This document shows, piece by piece, positions 27,499 through 37,743 of a DNA stretch of 51,775 bases. The notes under the pieces were generated by a model. It had not been told where the DNA came from. It was given only the letters and a program-made list of their open reading frames with translations, and ran no database searches. A program made the position numbers and the translations under genes. Numbering within the stretch: position 1 is the stretch's first letter; every line of letters begins with the position of its first letter. Source of the DNA: an uncultured Muribaculaceae bacterium (GTDB lineage: Bacteria; Bacteroidota; Bacteroidia; Bacteroidales; Muribaculaceae); contig CANQZK010000001.1 in the NCBI GenBank assembly GCA_947628285.1, positions 1 to 51,775 of the forward strand. The letters run 5' to 3'.

Positions 27499-27582
27499 AG
27501 GGACGCGATTAATCGCGTCCGCGTCGGCAATATAACTATTTGTAAATCTGCTGTCTGCGTGGACGCGATTAATCGCGTCCCT
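27499..27582. repeat. REP-like inverted doublet of a perfect 20-bp palindrome
   Basis: GGACGCGATTAATCGCGTCC at 27501-27520 and 27561-27580; flanks AG.../...CT show inverted orientation. Confidence 0.85.
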
Positions 27583-27705
27583 GCCGGCGGTTTCGCCCCC
27601 CCGCACCCCCCTGCCAGCCCCTCCGCCAAACCTTAAATTTTCCTAAATGTGACATTTGGGAAAATCTATTCATCTTTTTGGGGAATTTATGTTGAAGAAT
27701 ATTGG

Positions 27706-27713
27706 TAACTTTG
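27706..27713 (+). promoter_or_regulatory. -7 promoter element of the RND operon
   Basis: TAACTTTG 50 nt upstream of the MFP ATG. Confidence 0.6.
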
Positions 27714-27763
27714 CGGTCAAAATCAGCTATTTAGACAAGAAAAACCTCAGAAATACAGTATTT

Positions 27764-28948
27764 ATGAAATGTAAGAAGATTACAATTGCCTGTCTTACAG
27801 CAGCTTGCGCTGTCCTGACCGGCGGTCTTTCCTCGTGCTCGAAGCAAGACAACGCCGGCGCCGCACAACAGGCTCCGTCGCTGAAGGTCCTTACCGTCAG
27901 CAATTCCGATTCTGAGCTGGCCAAATCATACCCCGCCACGCTCAAGGGCAAAACCGACATCGATATCCGTCCCCAGGTGACCGGATTCATCACCAAAGTA
28001 CACGTCGACGAAGGTCAGCACGTCCGCAAGGGCCAGACCCTGTTCACGCTTGACCAGGTGCAGTATCGCGCCGCCGTCGACCAGGCCGAGGCGAGCGTGA
28101 ACGCCGCCCGCACCGCCGTTACATCGGCCCAGATTGCCGCCGACAACAAGCGTCGACTCCTTGACAAGAACATCATCAGCCAGAGCGACTGGCAGCTGGC
28201 CGACAACGCCCTTCAGCAGGCCAAGGCTCAGCTGGTTCAAGCCCAGGCTGCCCTCACTTCCGCCCGCCGCAACCTGTCCTACACCGTAGTGACCTCTCCC
28301 AGCGACGGCGTCATCGGCTCGATTCCCAACCGCGAAGGCTCGTTGGCATCGCCCTCGTCGGCCCTGACCACCGTCAGCGACAACAACGAGGTTTACGCCT
28401 ACTTCTCGCTCACCGAAAAGGACATCCTGGAGATGACCGACGGCGGCACAAAGCGCCTTGACGACGCCGTCAAGAGCATGCCCCAGGTAACCCTGGTACT
28501 GGCCGACGGCACTCCCTATCCCATGCAGGGCCGCGTGGCCACCGTATCCGGCGTGATTGACAACAACACCGGCTCGGCCCAGGTACGCGCACTCTTCCCC
28601 AACCCCTCCGGCATGCTGCGCAGCGGCAACACCGGCCGTGTTGAAATACCCGTGGTTCAGCAGAACGCCATCACCATCCCCCAGAAGGCCACCTTCGAGA
28701 TGCAGGACCTCAAATACGTCTACACCCTCAACGACTCCAACATGACCGTCTCCACGCCCATCCAGGTGCTGGCGCTCAACGACGGCAAGAACTACATCGT
28801 GACCTCCGGTCTGAAGGCCGGCGACCGCGTGGTGATTGAAGGCGTGGGCACAAGCGTGCGTCCCGGCATGCCCGTCAACCCCGTCGACGCCAACGCCGAG
28901 CCCGCCGCAGCCCAGGGTGCTCAGGCTCAGCCCGCCGCAGCGCAGTAA
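27764..28948 (+). CDS. RND efflux periplasmic adaptor (MFP) lipoprotein
   Basis: Lipobox LSSC; IRPQVTGFITKVHVDEGQHVRKGQTLF, SPSDGVIG, TGSAQVRALFPNP, SGLKAGDRVV. Confidence 0.93.
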   Translation: MKCKKITIACLTAACAVLTGGLSSCSKQDNAGAAQQAPSLKVLTVSNSDSELAKSYPATLKGKTDIDIRPQVTGFITKVHVDEGQHVRKGQTLFTLDQVQYRAAVDQAEASVNAARTAVTSAQIAADNKRRLLDKNIISQSDWQLADNALQQAKAQLVQAQAALTSARRNLSYTVVTSPSDGVIGSIPNREGSLASPSSALTTVSDNNEVYAYFSLTEKDILEMTDGGTKRLDDAVKSMPQVTLVLADGTPYPMQGRVATVSGVIDNNTGSAQVRALFPNPSGMLRSGNTGRVEIPVVQQNAITIPQKATFEMQDLKYVYTLNDSNMTVSTPIQVLALNDGKNYIVTSGLKAGDRVVIEGVGTSVRPGMPVNPVDANAEPAAAQGAQAQPAAAQ

Positions 28949-28995
28949 TGCCCCGGCGTGATACGTAAAAACACTATCCATAACGAACATTCAGT

Positions 28996-31900
28996 ATGAA
29001 ACTTGATACATTTATCAATCGGCCCGTGCTCTCCACGGTAATATCGATTTTTATCGTGCTGCTGGGTATTCTGGGTCTGGTTTCGCTTCCTATCACCCAG
29101 TACCCCGACATCGCGCCGCCTACCATCTCGGTGTCAACCACCTATAACGGCGCCAACGCCCAGGCCGTGCTCAACTCGGTGATTGCACCCCTTGAGGAGT
29201 CACTCAACGGCGCCGAAGGTATGGACTACATCACCTCTACGGCCACCAACACCGGCTCGGCCACCATCACGGTGACCTTCCAGCAGGGCTTTGACCCTGA
29301 TATGGCCGCCGTGGACGTGCAGAACCGTGTGGCCAAGGCCGCCAACCTGCTGCCCTCCGAGGTCAACCAGGTGGGCGTGCTGACCCAGAAGCGCCAGACT
29401 TCTATGCTGGTGGGTGTCGCCCTGGTGGACACCACCGACACCTATAGCGAGGAGTTCCTGGACAACTATATGAAAATCAACGTCGTGCCCGTGCTGCAGC
29501 GTATCAAGGGCGTCGGCGACGTTATGTGCTTCGGTGCCGACTACTCCATGCGCATCTGGCTCAAGCCCGATGTCATGGCGCAGTACAACCTCATGCCCGG
29601 CGATATTTCCGCCGCGCTGGCCGAGCAGAACGTCGAGGCCGCTCCCGGTTCGTTCGGCGAGCAGGGCGACCAGTCCTTCCAGTACATCATGCGCTACCGC
29701 GGCCGTCTGACCACGCCTGAGGAATTCGGCGACATCGTGGTCCGCGCACGCGACAACGGCGGCGTGCTCCGCCTCAAGGACGTGGCCGAGATTGAACTGG
29801 GCCGCGTGACCTACGGCTTCCACAACAAGGCCAACGGCCACGGCGCCTCAATGGCCATGGTGTTCCAGACCGCCGGCTCAAACGCCACACAGATTATTAA
29901 CGACGTGCTCAAGACCGTCGACGATATGAAGAAGGACCTCCCCAAGGGTCTTCAGTATGAGATTCCTATGAACAACAACGAGTTCCTCTACGCGTCAATC
30001 CACAATGTGATCCGCACGCTCATCGAGGCATTCGTGCTGGTGTTCCTGGTGACCTACGTCTTCCTGCAGGACTTCCGCTCCACCATCATCCCCGCCATCG
30101 CCATCCCCGTGGCCCTGATCGGTACCTTCTTTGTGCTCAACCTCATCGGTTTCTCCATCAACCTCATCACCCTGTCGGCTCTGGTATTGGCCATCGCCAT
30201 TGTGGTGGATGATGCCATTGTGGTGGTCGAGGCCGTCCACGCCAAGCTGGACCAAGGCTATAAGTCGGCGCGGCAGGCCTCAATCGACGCCATGAACGAG
30301 ATTGCCGGCGCGCTGGTGTCCATCACGCTGGTCATGATGCTGGTGTTCATCCCCGTATCGTTCATGCCCGGCACCGCAGGCGTGTTCTATCAGCAGTTCG
30401 GTATCACCATGGCCATCGCCATCGGTTTCTCGGCTGTCAACGCCCTGACGTTGTCGCCCGCCCTGTGTGCCGTCTTCCTGAAGCCCCACAACAGCGACGC
30501 CTCCCTGAAGGAGCGCATGGGTCAGGCCTATGCCGCCGCCGGCGAGGCCGCCGCTCAGAAGGTGCGGAACGTGCGCCGCTCATTCGGCCTCAACTTCCCG
30601 CCCGTCATCACCGTGGCTCTGCTGGCCGCCACCATCACCTTCATGATTCTGGATTGGTTCTCGTTTGAGAACATCGTGGAGAGCCTCATAGCCTGCACCT
30701 GCGCCGTGCTGATGATTCTGGGTCTGTTCGGCAAGCGCTTCCACCGCGCATTCGAGAACGGCTACAACGGCATCCTCAACCACTACCGCACCGCCGTGAA
30801 GTGGTGCTCGCGCCATAAAATCACTTCCTTCGCCACCGTCATCGTGGCCATCGCGCTGTTGGTATGGCTGATGTGGCGCACCCCGTCGGCCATGGTGCCC
30901 AACGAGGATACCGGCTTCATGTTCGCCATGGTCGATATGCCCCCGGGCACATCGCAGGAGCGCACCACCGAGGTGCTCGACGAGCTGGAGCAGATCTGTA
31001 TGCAGATTCCCGCCGTCAACATCGTGCAGACCATCAACGGCTACTCCTTCCTGGCAGGTCAGGGCGCTACCTACGGTACCCTGCTCATCAAGCTCAAGAA
31101 CTGGAGCGAGCGCGGCAAGGGCGAGAGCGTCAACGACGTTATCAACCAGCTCTACGCCATGACCTCGAAGGTCAAGGACGGCCGCGTAATGTTCGTGGCG
31201 CCGCCTATGATTACGGGCTACTCCGTGACCAACGGTTTCGAACTCATGATGCAGGACCGCACCGGCGGCGACATCAACCAGTTCTTCGCCGTGACCCAGA
31301 ACTTCCTGGGCCAGCTCATGGCGCAGCCTGAAATCCAGATGGCCTACACCACCTTCAACCCCACCTTCCCGCAGTATCTGATCGACATCGACGCCGCCAA
31401 GGCCAAGCAGGCCGGCATCTCGCCCCAGACCCTGCTCTCCACCCTCCAGGGCTACTACGGCGGTATGTACGTGTCCAACTTCAACCGCTTCGGCAAGATT
31501 TACCGCGTGATGATGCAGGCCAGCCCCGAGGCTCGTGTGTCGCCCGAGACGCTCAAGAACGTCAAGGTGCGCAACGGCTCCGAGATGGCTCCCATCGACA
31601 ACTTTGTCAAGCTCACCCGCGTGTACGGTCCTGACCTTCTGAACCGCTTCAACCTGTTCAACTCCATCTCCGTCAACGGTGTGCCCGCTGCGGGCTACTC
31701 GTCGGGCGACGCCATCGCCGCCATCGAGCGCGTGGCCGCTCAGGCCCTGCCCCAGGGCTACGGCTACGAATACGCCGGTATGACCCGCGAGGAGGCCGGC
31801 TCGTCGTCCGGCTCGTCGACAGCCGTCATCTTCGGTCTGTGTCTGCTGTTCGTCTACCTGCTGCTGTCAGCCCAGTACGAGAGCTACATCCTGCCCTGGG

Positions 31901-32379
31901 CCGTTATCCTCTCGATTCCCTTCGGCCTTATGGGCGCGTTCGTGTTCGCCGACATCTTCGGCATCTCCAACAACATCTATCTGCAGATCGCCCTGATTAT
32001 GCTTATCGGTCTGTTGGCCAAGAACGCCATCCTTATCGTCGAGTTCGCCCTTGACCGCCGCAAGACGGGCATGAGCGTGGTCAACGCCGCCATAGCCGGC
32101 GCCGCAGCACGTCTGCGTCCTATCCTTATGACCTCGCTGGCCATGGTTATCGGCCTGCTGCCCATGATGCTCTCAAGCGGCGTTGGCGCCAACGGCAACC
32201 GCGCCCTTGGTACCGGCTCGGTGGGCGGTATGCTCATCGGCATGATTCTGCAGATTTTCTTCGTGCCCGCGCTGTTCTGCGTCTTCCAGCTCATCCAGGA
32301 GAAGATTTCGCCCATCAAGTGGAGCAAGGAGGAAAAAGGCGGAACCATCGAGAACGAAATCGAACAATACGCCCGATAA
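28996..32379 (+). CDS. RND efflux permease (AcrB/HAE1 family)
   Basis: FINRPVLS, QYPDIAPP, IVVDDAIVVVE, GLLAKNAILIVEFA, RLRPILMTSLA. Confidence 0.96.
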   Translation: MKLDTFINRPVLSTVISIFIVLLGILGLVSLPITQYPDIAPPTISVSTTYNGANAQAVLNSVIAPLEESLNGAEGMDYITSTATNTGSATITVTFQQGFDPDMAAVDVQNRVAKAANLLPSEVNQVGVLTQKRQTSMLVGVALVDTTDTYSEEFLDNYMKINVVPVLQRIKGVGDVMCFGADYSMRIWLKPDVMAQYNLMPGDISAALAEQNVEAAPGSFGEQGDQSFQYIMRYRGRLTTPEEFGDIVVRARDNGGVLRLKDVAEIELGRVTYGFHNKANGHGASMAMVFQTAGSNATQIINDVLKTVDDMKKDLPKGLQYEIPMNNNEFLYASIHNVIRTLIEAFVLVFLVTYVFLQDFRSTIIPAIAIPVALIGTFFVLNLIGFSINLITLSALVLAIAIVVDDAIVVVEAVHAKLDQGYKSARQASIDAMNEIAGALVSITLVMMLVFIPVSFMPGTAGVFYQQFGITMAIAIGFSAVNALTLSPALCAVFLKPHNSDASLKERMGQAYAAAGEAAAQKVRNVRRSFGLNFPPVITVALLAATITFMILDWFSFENIVESLIACTCAVLMILGLFGKRFHRAFENGYNGILNHYRTAVKWCSRHKITSFATVIVAIALLVWLMWRTPSAMVPNEDTGFMFAMVDMPPGTSQERTTEVLDELEQICMQIPAVNIVQTINGYSFLAGQGATYGTLLIKLKNWSERGKGESVNDVINQLYAMTSKVKDGRVMFVAPPMITGYSVTNGFELMMQDRTGGDINQFFAVTQNFLGQLMAQPEIQMAYTTFNPTFPQYLIDIDAAKAKQAGISPQTLLSTLQGYYGGMYVSNFNRFGKIYRVMMQASPEARVSPETLKNVKVRNGSEMAPIDNFVKLTRVYGPDLLNRFNLFNSISVNGVPAAGYSSGDAIAAIERVAAQALPQGYGYEYAGMTREEAGSSSGSSTAVIFGLCLLFVYLLLSAQYESYILPWAVILSIPFGLMGAFVFADIFGISNNIYLQIALIMLIGLLAKNAILIVEFALDRRKTGMSVVNAAIAGAAARLRPILMTSLAMVIGLLPMMLSSGVGANGNRALGTGSVGGMLIGMILQIFFVPALFCVFQLIQEKISPIKWSKEEKGGTIENEIEQYAR

Positions 32380-32392
32380 AACTCAAACCGAC

Positions 32393-33769
32393 ATGAACAA
32401 GATTTTTCAAGCTGCAGTCATCGGCGCCCTGGCTCTGGGCGCCACCGGCTGCCACATATACAAACCTTATCAGACCCCGACGGACACTCCTCTGACGGCT
32501 GAATATGCCAAGGCTATGGAGGCTCCCGTCGACTCGGCCGCCTTCGGCAACCTGGACTGGCGTCAGGTGTACACCGACCCCGTACTGGCCGACCTTATCG
32601 AGCGTGCCCTGGCCGCCAACACCGACCTGCAGAACGCCCAGCTCAACGTCGAGGCCGCCCAGGCCCAGCTGTTGGGCGCCAAACTGGCCTATCTGCCCTC
32701 GCTGGCACTGGCTCCCAACGGCGCCGGCGTCAAGTACGGTCATGGCGATTTCAGCTGGTCGTACCAGCTGCCCGCCCAGGCATCGTGGGAGGTGGATATC
32801 TTTGCCAAGCTGCTCAACAGCAAGCGCGGCGCCAAGGCCGCCCTGCTGCAGAGCGAGGCCTACCGTCAGGCCGTGCGCTCGCAGATAATCTCGGCCGTGG
32901 CCACCACCTACTACACCTTAGCTGCCGTGAACGAGCAGCTGGAGCTCTCGCGCAACACCTCCGAACTCTGGAAACAGACCGTGCAGACCATGCGCGACCT
33001 CAAGGAGGGCGGCGGCGTTACCGAGGCTGCCGTGGTGCAGAGCGAGGCCAACTATTACAGCATCCTGGCTTCGATTACCGACCTCGAGGCATCGCTTGAC
33101 AAGATCAACAACACCATGAGCCTGCTGCTGAACACCTGGCCGCAGACATGGCAGGTTAAGCCCGCTGCCGGCCTGACAGTGCCCGCAATGGCCGCCAACG
33201 GCGTGCAGATGGCCACCCTGGCCCATCGTCCGGACGTCCAGGCTGCCGAGCAGAGCCTCGCCGCCGCCTACTACGCCACCAACTCGGCCCGTGCCGCCTT
33301 CTACCCCGGCCTGTCCATTACGGCCAACGGCGGTTTCACCAACCTGGTGGGCGTAATCACCAACCCCGGCGAATGGTTTGTGCAGCTTGCCGGCTCGCTG
33401 ACCGCGCCCCTGTTCTCGCGCGGCCGCAACATAGCCAATCTGAAGGCCTCCAAGGCCCGTCAGCAGCAGGCTATGAACAGCTTTGAGTACACCCTGCTCA
33501 ATGCCGCAGCCGAGGTCAGCGACGCCCTCACAGTCTACGAGAAGAGCATTCAGAAAGCCGAACTGCTGCAGCTTCAGGTGGCCGACCTTGCCAAGGCCGT
33601 AGACTACACCCAGGACCTGCTGCTGTACTCCACCGGCTCAACCAACTACCTTGAAGTCCTGACCGCCCAGCAGAGCCTGCTCAGCGCCCAGATTTCGCTG
33701 ATAGGTTGCCGCCAGTCACGCGACATGGCCGTAATCAACCTCTATCAGTCCATGGGCGGCGGCCGCTAA
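32393..33769 (+). CDS. TolC/OprM-family outer-membrane efflux lipoprotein
   Basis: Lipobox ATGC; SWEVDIFAKL, RPDVQAAE, AAFYP, NYLEVLTAQ, NLYQSMGGG. Confidence 0.94.
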   Translation: MNKIFQAAVIGALALGATGCHIYKPYQTPTDTPLTAEYAKAMEAPVDSAAFGNLDWRQVYTDPVLADLIERALAANTDLQNAQLNVEAAQAQLLGAKLAYLPSLALAPNGAGVKYGHGDFSWSYQLPAQASWEVDIFAKLLNSKRGAKAALLQSEAYRQAVRSQIISAVATTYYTLAAVNEQLELSRNTSELWKQTVQTMRDLKEGGGVTEAAVVQSEANYYSILASITDLEASLDKINNTMSLLLNTWPQTWQVKPAAGLTVPAMAANGVQMATLAHRPDVQAAEQSLAAAYYATNSARAAFYPGLSITANGGFTNLVGVITNPGEWFVQLAGSLTAPLFSRGRNIANLKASKARQQQAMNSFEYTLLNAAAEVSDALTVYEKSIQKAELLQLQVADLAKAVDYTQDLLLYSTGSTNYLEVLTAQQSLLSAQISLIGCRQSRDMAVINLYQSMGGGR

Positions 33770-33826
33770 ATCCGGACGCACGGCATTTATTGAGTTCTGA
33801 TACTTATCTTCTTAACCCCCCTTACC

Positions 33827-33878
33827 ACCCGCTCGGAAGCCCCGTTAAAGGCTTTTGAGCGGGTTTTCAGCTTTTTTT
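33827..33878 (+). terminator. Rho-independent terminator after the efflux operon
   Basis: ACCCGCTCGGAAGCC...GGCTTTTGAGCGGGT followed by TTT and a T7 run. Confidence 0.7.
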
Positions 33879-33940
33879 GCTAAAAACATTTGGGGCTCCG
33901 AGCCAAATTTCCTAACTTTACACATCATAAACCTAATGAC

Positions 33941-35035
33941 ATGGAACATCCGGAAAACGACTCCCAATACTCAGGCCTGACCGTCAACAGCGGAGTGGCT
34001 CAGCCGCCCGTGGTCAATCCATATCTCAAACGCCGCCGCCGCCCCCTGCCCGAAGCATCGGAGCTTGTCGAGGGTATTCTGCACGGCGATTCAACCGCCC
34101 TGGCACGCGCCATCACCCTGATTGAATCCGTCAACCCCGAGCACTATGCACGCGCCCAGGAGGTGATAGAGAAGTGTCTGCCTTATTCGGGCGATTCGCG
34201 CCGTATAGGTATCACCGGTGTGCCCGGCGCCGGCAAGAGTACGTCGATCGACGTGTTCGGCCTGCACGTGCTGCGCAAACCCGGCCAGAAGTTGGCTGTC
34301 CTGGCCATCGACCCCTCGAGCGAGCGCACCAAGGGCTCGATTCTGGGCGACAAGACCCGTATGGAGAAGCTTTCCGTCCATCCCGACGCCTTCATCCGCC
34401 CTTCCCCCTCGGCGGGCAGTTTGGGCGGCGTGGCCCGCAAGACGCGTGAGACTATCGTGCTGTGCGAGGCCGCCGGATACAACAATATCTTCGTCGAGAC
34501 CGTCGGGGTAGGGCAGAGCGAGACTGCCGTGCATTCCATGGTGGATTTCTTCCTGCTCATCCAGTTGGCCGGCACGGGCGACGAGCTGCAGGGTATCAAG
34601 CGCGGCATCATGGAGATGGCCGATGGTATTGTCATCAACAAGGCCGACGGCGACAACATCAACCGCGCCCGCCTGGCACAGGCACAGTTCCGCAGCGCCC
34701 TGCATCTGTTCCCGCCCACACCGTCGGGCTGGGTGCCTGAGGTGCTCTGCTATTCCGGCTATTACGAGCTTGGAATCGACGAAGTCTGGGACATGATTGA
34801 CCGCTACTTCACCTACACCCGTGAGAACGGTTACTTTGAGGAAAAACGACGTCGCCAGGCATCCTACTGGATGTACGAGACCATCGACGACCAGCTTAAA
34901 GCCAACTTTTACAATAACCCTGAAATAGGCGCCATGCTCAGCCGCCTGGTGGACGAGGTGCAGACCAACCGCCGCAGCTCATTCACCGCCGCACGCGATG
35001 TCCTGGACCGCTATTTCGCCAACTTACGCAAATGA
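33941..35035 (+). CDS. meaB: Methylmalonyl-CoA mutase-associated GTPase MeaB/ArgK
   Basis: IGITGVPGAGKST, LAIDPSS, LGDKTRM, ETVGVGQSE, GDELQGIKRGIMEMAD, NKAD. Confidence 0.95.
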   Translation: MEHPENDSQYSGLTVNSGVAQPPVVNPYLKRRRRPLPEASELVEGILHGDSTALARAITLIESVNPEHYARAQEVIEKCLPYSGDSRRIGITGVPGAGKSTSIDVFGLHVLRKPGQKLAVLAIDPSSERTKGSILGDKTRMEKLSVHPDAFIRPSPSAGSLGGVARKTRETIVLCEAAGYNNIFVETVGVGQSETAVHSMVDFFLLIQLAGTGDELQGIKRGIMEMADGIVINKADGDNINRARLAQAQFRSALHLFPPTPSGWVPEVLCYSGYYELGIDEVWDMIDRYFTYTRENGYFEEKRRRQASYWMYETIDDQLKANFYNNPEIGAMLSRLVDEVQTNRRSSFTAARDVLDRYFANLRK

Positions 35036-35433
35036 TGAAACATCTTCTTATAGTTCTGTTCATGGCCCTGGGCACGCTGTTCTGCGTGGCCAAGGAGCCG
35101 GACGCCCTGCAGTTTGAGGAGACATCCTTTGATTTCGGCACCATACGCTCTGACCATGCCCCCGTGGTGCATGAATATGAGTTCACCAACGTGTCCGATC
35201 AGCCCGTGGCCGTGCTCTCCGTATCGACCGGCTGCGGCTGCACCCGCCCCACCTATCCCACGGAGCCCATCAAGCCCGGCAAGAAAGGCAAAATCAAGAT
35301 TACCTTCCTGCCCGAAGGCCAGTCAAAAGGCATCCTCAAGGACATCAAGGTGCGCTATCGCGGCGCAAAGGCACGCTCGTCGCGCCGCATCACCCTGCAG
35401 CTCAAAGGCGTTGTCGAACCGGTAACGAAATGA
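35032..35433 (+). CDS. DUF1573 domain secreted protein
   Basis: Signal peptide; FDFGTI, YEFTN, STGCGCT, PIKPGKKGKIKITF. Confidence 0.88.
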   Translation: MMKHLLIVLFMALGTLFCVAKEPDALQFEETSFDFGTIRSDHAPVVHEYEFTNVSDQPVAVLSVSTGCGCTRPTYPTEPIKPGKKGKIKITFLPEGQSKGILKDIKVRYRGAKARSSRRITLQLKGVVEPVTK

Positions 35434-35458
35434 CACATAAAATGAAACGTATAGATAC

Positions 35459-35494
35459 CAAACGTGGAGATGCCTCACGGTATCTCCACGTTTG
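35459..35494. terminator. 16-bp stem hairpin (terminator or REP-like) after DUF1573
   Basis: CAAACGTGGAGATGCC-TCAC-GGTATCTCCACGTTTG (one G:U pair). Confidence 0.6.
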
Positions 35495-35656
35495 ATAATA
35501 AACCAATCATTATCACATTTCTTGCAATGGAAAAAGTAATTTTGCTATGTACTAATCAAACACGGTTCGGCGCGAAAGGTTCACAGACTTGAAAAAATTT
35601 TTGCAATTTTACAAACGTTAACGTACATGTGCCTTTATAATGCACGACCTGCGCAT

Positions 35657-35664
35657 TAAATTTG
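35657..35664 (+). promoter_or_regulatory. -7 promoter element of recA
   Basis: TAAATTTG 51 nt upstream of the recA ATG. Confidence 0.55.
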
Positions 35665-35715
35665 CAACGAAATCAATGATTATATTGTTGAACGAAGAAA
35701 TTTAAATCACTACAT

Positions 35716-36891
35716 ATGGCAAAAGAAACAAAAAAGACAAAGGCAGCCGCGCTCGACCCCAAGGCGGCACGCCTGGAGGCTCTGGGCCAGGCTCTGGTCA
35801 AGATTGAAAAGGATTTTGGCCGCGGCGCCATCATGAAACTCGGCGACGACTCCATCGAGAACGTCGAGGTCATCCCCACCGGCTCGGTGGGCCTCAACTT
35901 CGCCCTCGGTGTGGGCGGTTATCCCCGTGGCCGCATCGTTGAAATCTACGGCCCGGAATCGTCCGGCAAGACCACCCTGGCCATCCACGCCATAGCCGAG
36001 GCACAGAAGATGGGCGGCATCGCAGCCATCATCGACGCCGAGCATGCCTTCGACCGCTTCTACGCTCAGAACCTTGGTGTGGACATCGACAATCTGCTCA
36101 TGGCACAGCCCGACAACGGCGAGCAGGCCCTGGAGATTGCCGAGCAGCTCATCCGCTCGTCGGCCATCGACATCCTGGTCATCGACTCCGTGGCAGCGCT
36201 CACCCCCAAGAGCGAAATCGAGGGCGATATGGGCGACCGCAACGTAGGTCTTCAGGCTCGTCTGATGTCACAGGCCATGCGCAAGCTCACCGGCGCCATC
36301 GCCCGCACAAATACCTGCTGCATCTTCATCAATCAGCTGCGCGAAAAGATCGGCGTAATGTTCGGTCCCACCGAGACGACCACCGGCGGCAACGCCCTGA
36401 AGTTCTACTCGTCGGTGCGTATAGACATCCGCTCACGTGCCTCAATCAAGTCGGGCGACGATGTGCTGGGCCGCCGCGCCGTGGTCAAGATTGTCAAGAA
36501 CAAGGTGGCGCCTCCCTTCCGCCGCGCCGAGTTCGACATCATGTTCGGTGAAGGCATCTCGCAGTCCGGTGAGCTCGTCGACCTGGGCGTCGACCTGGGC
36601 ATCATCCAGAAGAGCGGCTCATGGTTCAGCTACAACGGCCAGAAAATCGCACAGGGCCGTGACGCCGCCAAACGCGTTCTGAGCGACAATCCGGAGTTGG
36701 CCGAGGAATTGTCCGCCAAGATATTCGAGGCGCTGAAATCGACCTCAAAAACGCCTTCCAAGGCCGTTGCGAAACCGGCATCCGAGGCCGCCGACGACGA
36801 TGCTGCTGCAACAGCACCCGCCGCACCCGCCGACAACCTCTTTGACGGCGTGAACGTGGACGACGAATTCTCGATAGAGGAAGATATTTAA
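35716..36891 (+). CDS. recA: Recombinase RecA
   Basis: [62 protein letters not shown]. Confidence 0.98.
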   Translation: MAKETKKTKAAALDPKAARLEALGQALVKIEKDFGRGAIMKLGDDSIENVEVIPTGSVGLNFALGVGGYPRGRIVEIYGPESSGKTTLAIHAIAEAQKMGGIAAIIDAEHAFDRFYAQNLGVDIDNLLMAQPDNGEQALEIAEQLIRSSAIDILVIDSVAALTPKSEIEGDMGDRNVGLQARLMSQAMRKLTGAIARTNTCCIFINQLREKIGVMFGPTETTTGGNALKFYSSVRIDIRSRASIKSGDDVLGRRAVVKIVKNKVAPPFRRAEFDIMFGEGISQSGELVDLGVDLGIIQKSGSWFSYNGQKIAQGRDAAKRVLSDNPELAEELSAKIFEALKSTSKTPSKAVAKPASEAADDDAAATAPAAPADNLFDGVNVDDEFSIEEDI

Positions 36892-36904
36892 CCGCCCGCA
36901 CGGT

Positions 36905-37651
36905 ATGGACGCAGCCTTTGCACGTACCGCACTCGTAGCCGGCGAGGCGATGATGAATCGTCTCGCCGCTGCGCGTGTGTTGGTAGTCGGTGTCGGCGGA
37001 GTCGGCTCATGGGCCGTCGAGGCCCTGGTGCGCTCCGGGGTGGGGCACATCACCATTGTGGACAACGATGTCGTGGCCGAATCCAACATCAACCGCCAGC
37101 TTCCCGCTCTTCATTCCACCGTCGGGCAGCCCAAGGTTGAGGTGTTGCGCCGCCGTATGCTGGACATCAACCCCGGGCTCGACATCACCGCCGTGGCCGA
37201 CGTCTATACGCCGGAGAACGCCGACAGCTACGACCTGGATGCCTACGACTTTATCCTGGACGCCATCGACACGCTGCGGTGCAAGATGGAACTCATCCGC
37301 CGGGCATGCCGCTCGCGGGCGCGCTTCTTCTCGTCAATGGGCGCGGCGCGCAAGCTCCATGCCGCGCAGGTGCAGGTGGCCGACTTCGGCAAGGTTTACG
37401 GCTGTCCCCTGGCGCGGGCGCTGCGTCAGCGCTTCAAGCGCGAAGGCATGATGCCCCGCCGCAAATTCAAGTGCGTCTTCTCGCCCGAGGTTGTCGACAA
37501 CCGTGGCGAGGCTGCCTTGGCCGGTACGGACGGATGGGCGCACGCCAAGGCATCGGTCAACGGCACCTTCGCACACACCACAGCCATCTTCGGCATGACA
37601 CTGGCCGGCCTGGTCATCGAATCCCTCTATGACGCCCCCTCCCCACGATAG
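36905..37651 (+). CDS. tcdA: tRNA threonylcarbamoyladenosine dehydratase (ThiF family)
   Basis: VVGVGGVGSW, RSGVG, SNINRQ, DAID, SSMGA, CPLAR, CVFSPE. Confidence 0.88.
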   Translation: MDAAFARTALVAGEAMMNRLAAARVLVVGVGGVGSWAVEALVRSGVGHITIVDNDVVAESNINRQLPALHSTVGQPKVEVLRRRMLDINPGLDITAVADVYTPENADSYDLDAYDFILDAIDTLRCKMELIRRACRSRARFFSSMGAARKLHAAQVQVADFGKVYGCPLARALRQRFKREGMMPRRKFKCVFSPEVVDNRGEAALAGTDGWAHAKASVNGTFAHTTAIFGMTLAGLVIESLYDAPSPR

Positions 37652-37743
37652 GGTAGGGCAGGACCCTAAACGGAACCCTCTCAGACGACAAAATTCCCGC
37701 ATATCCGGGCGTGAAATTTCAAATATTCGATTCTCGTAAAACG

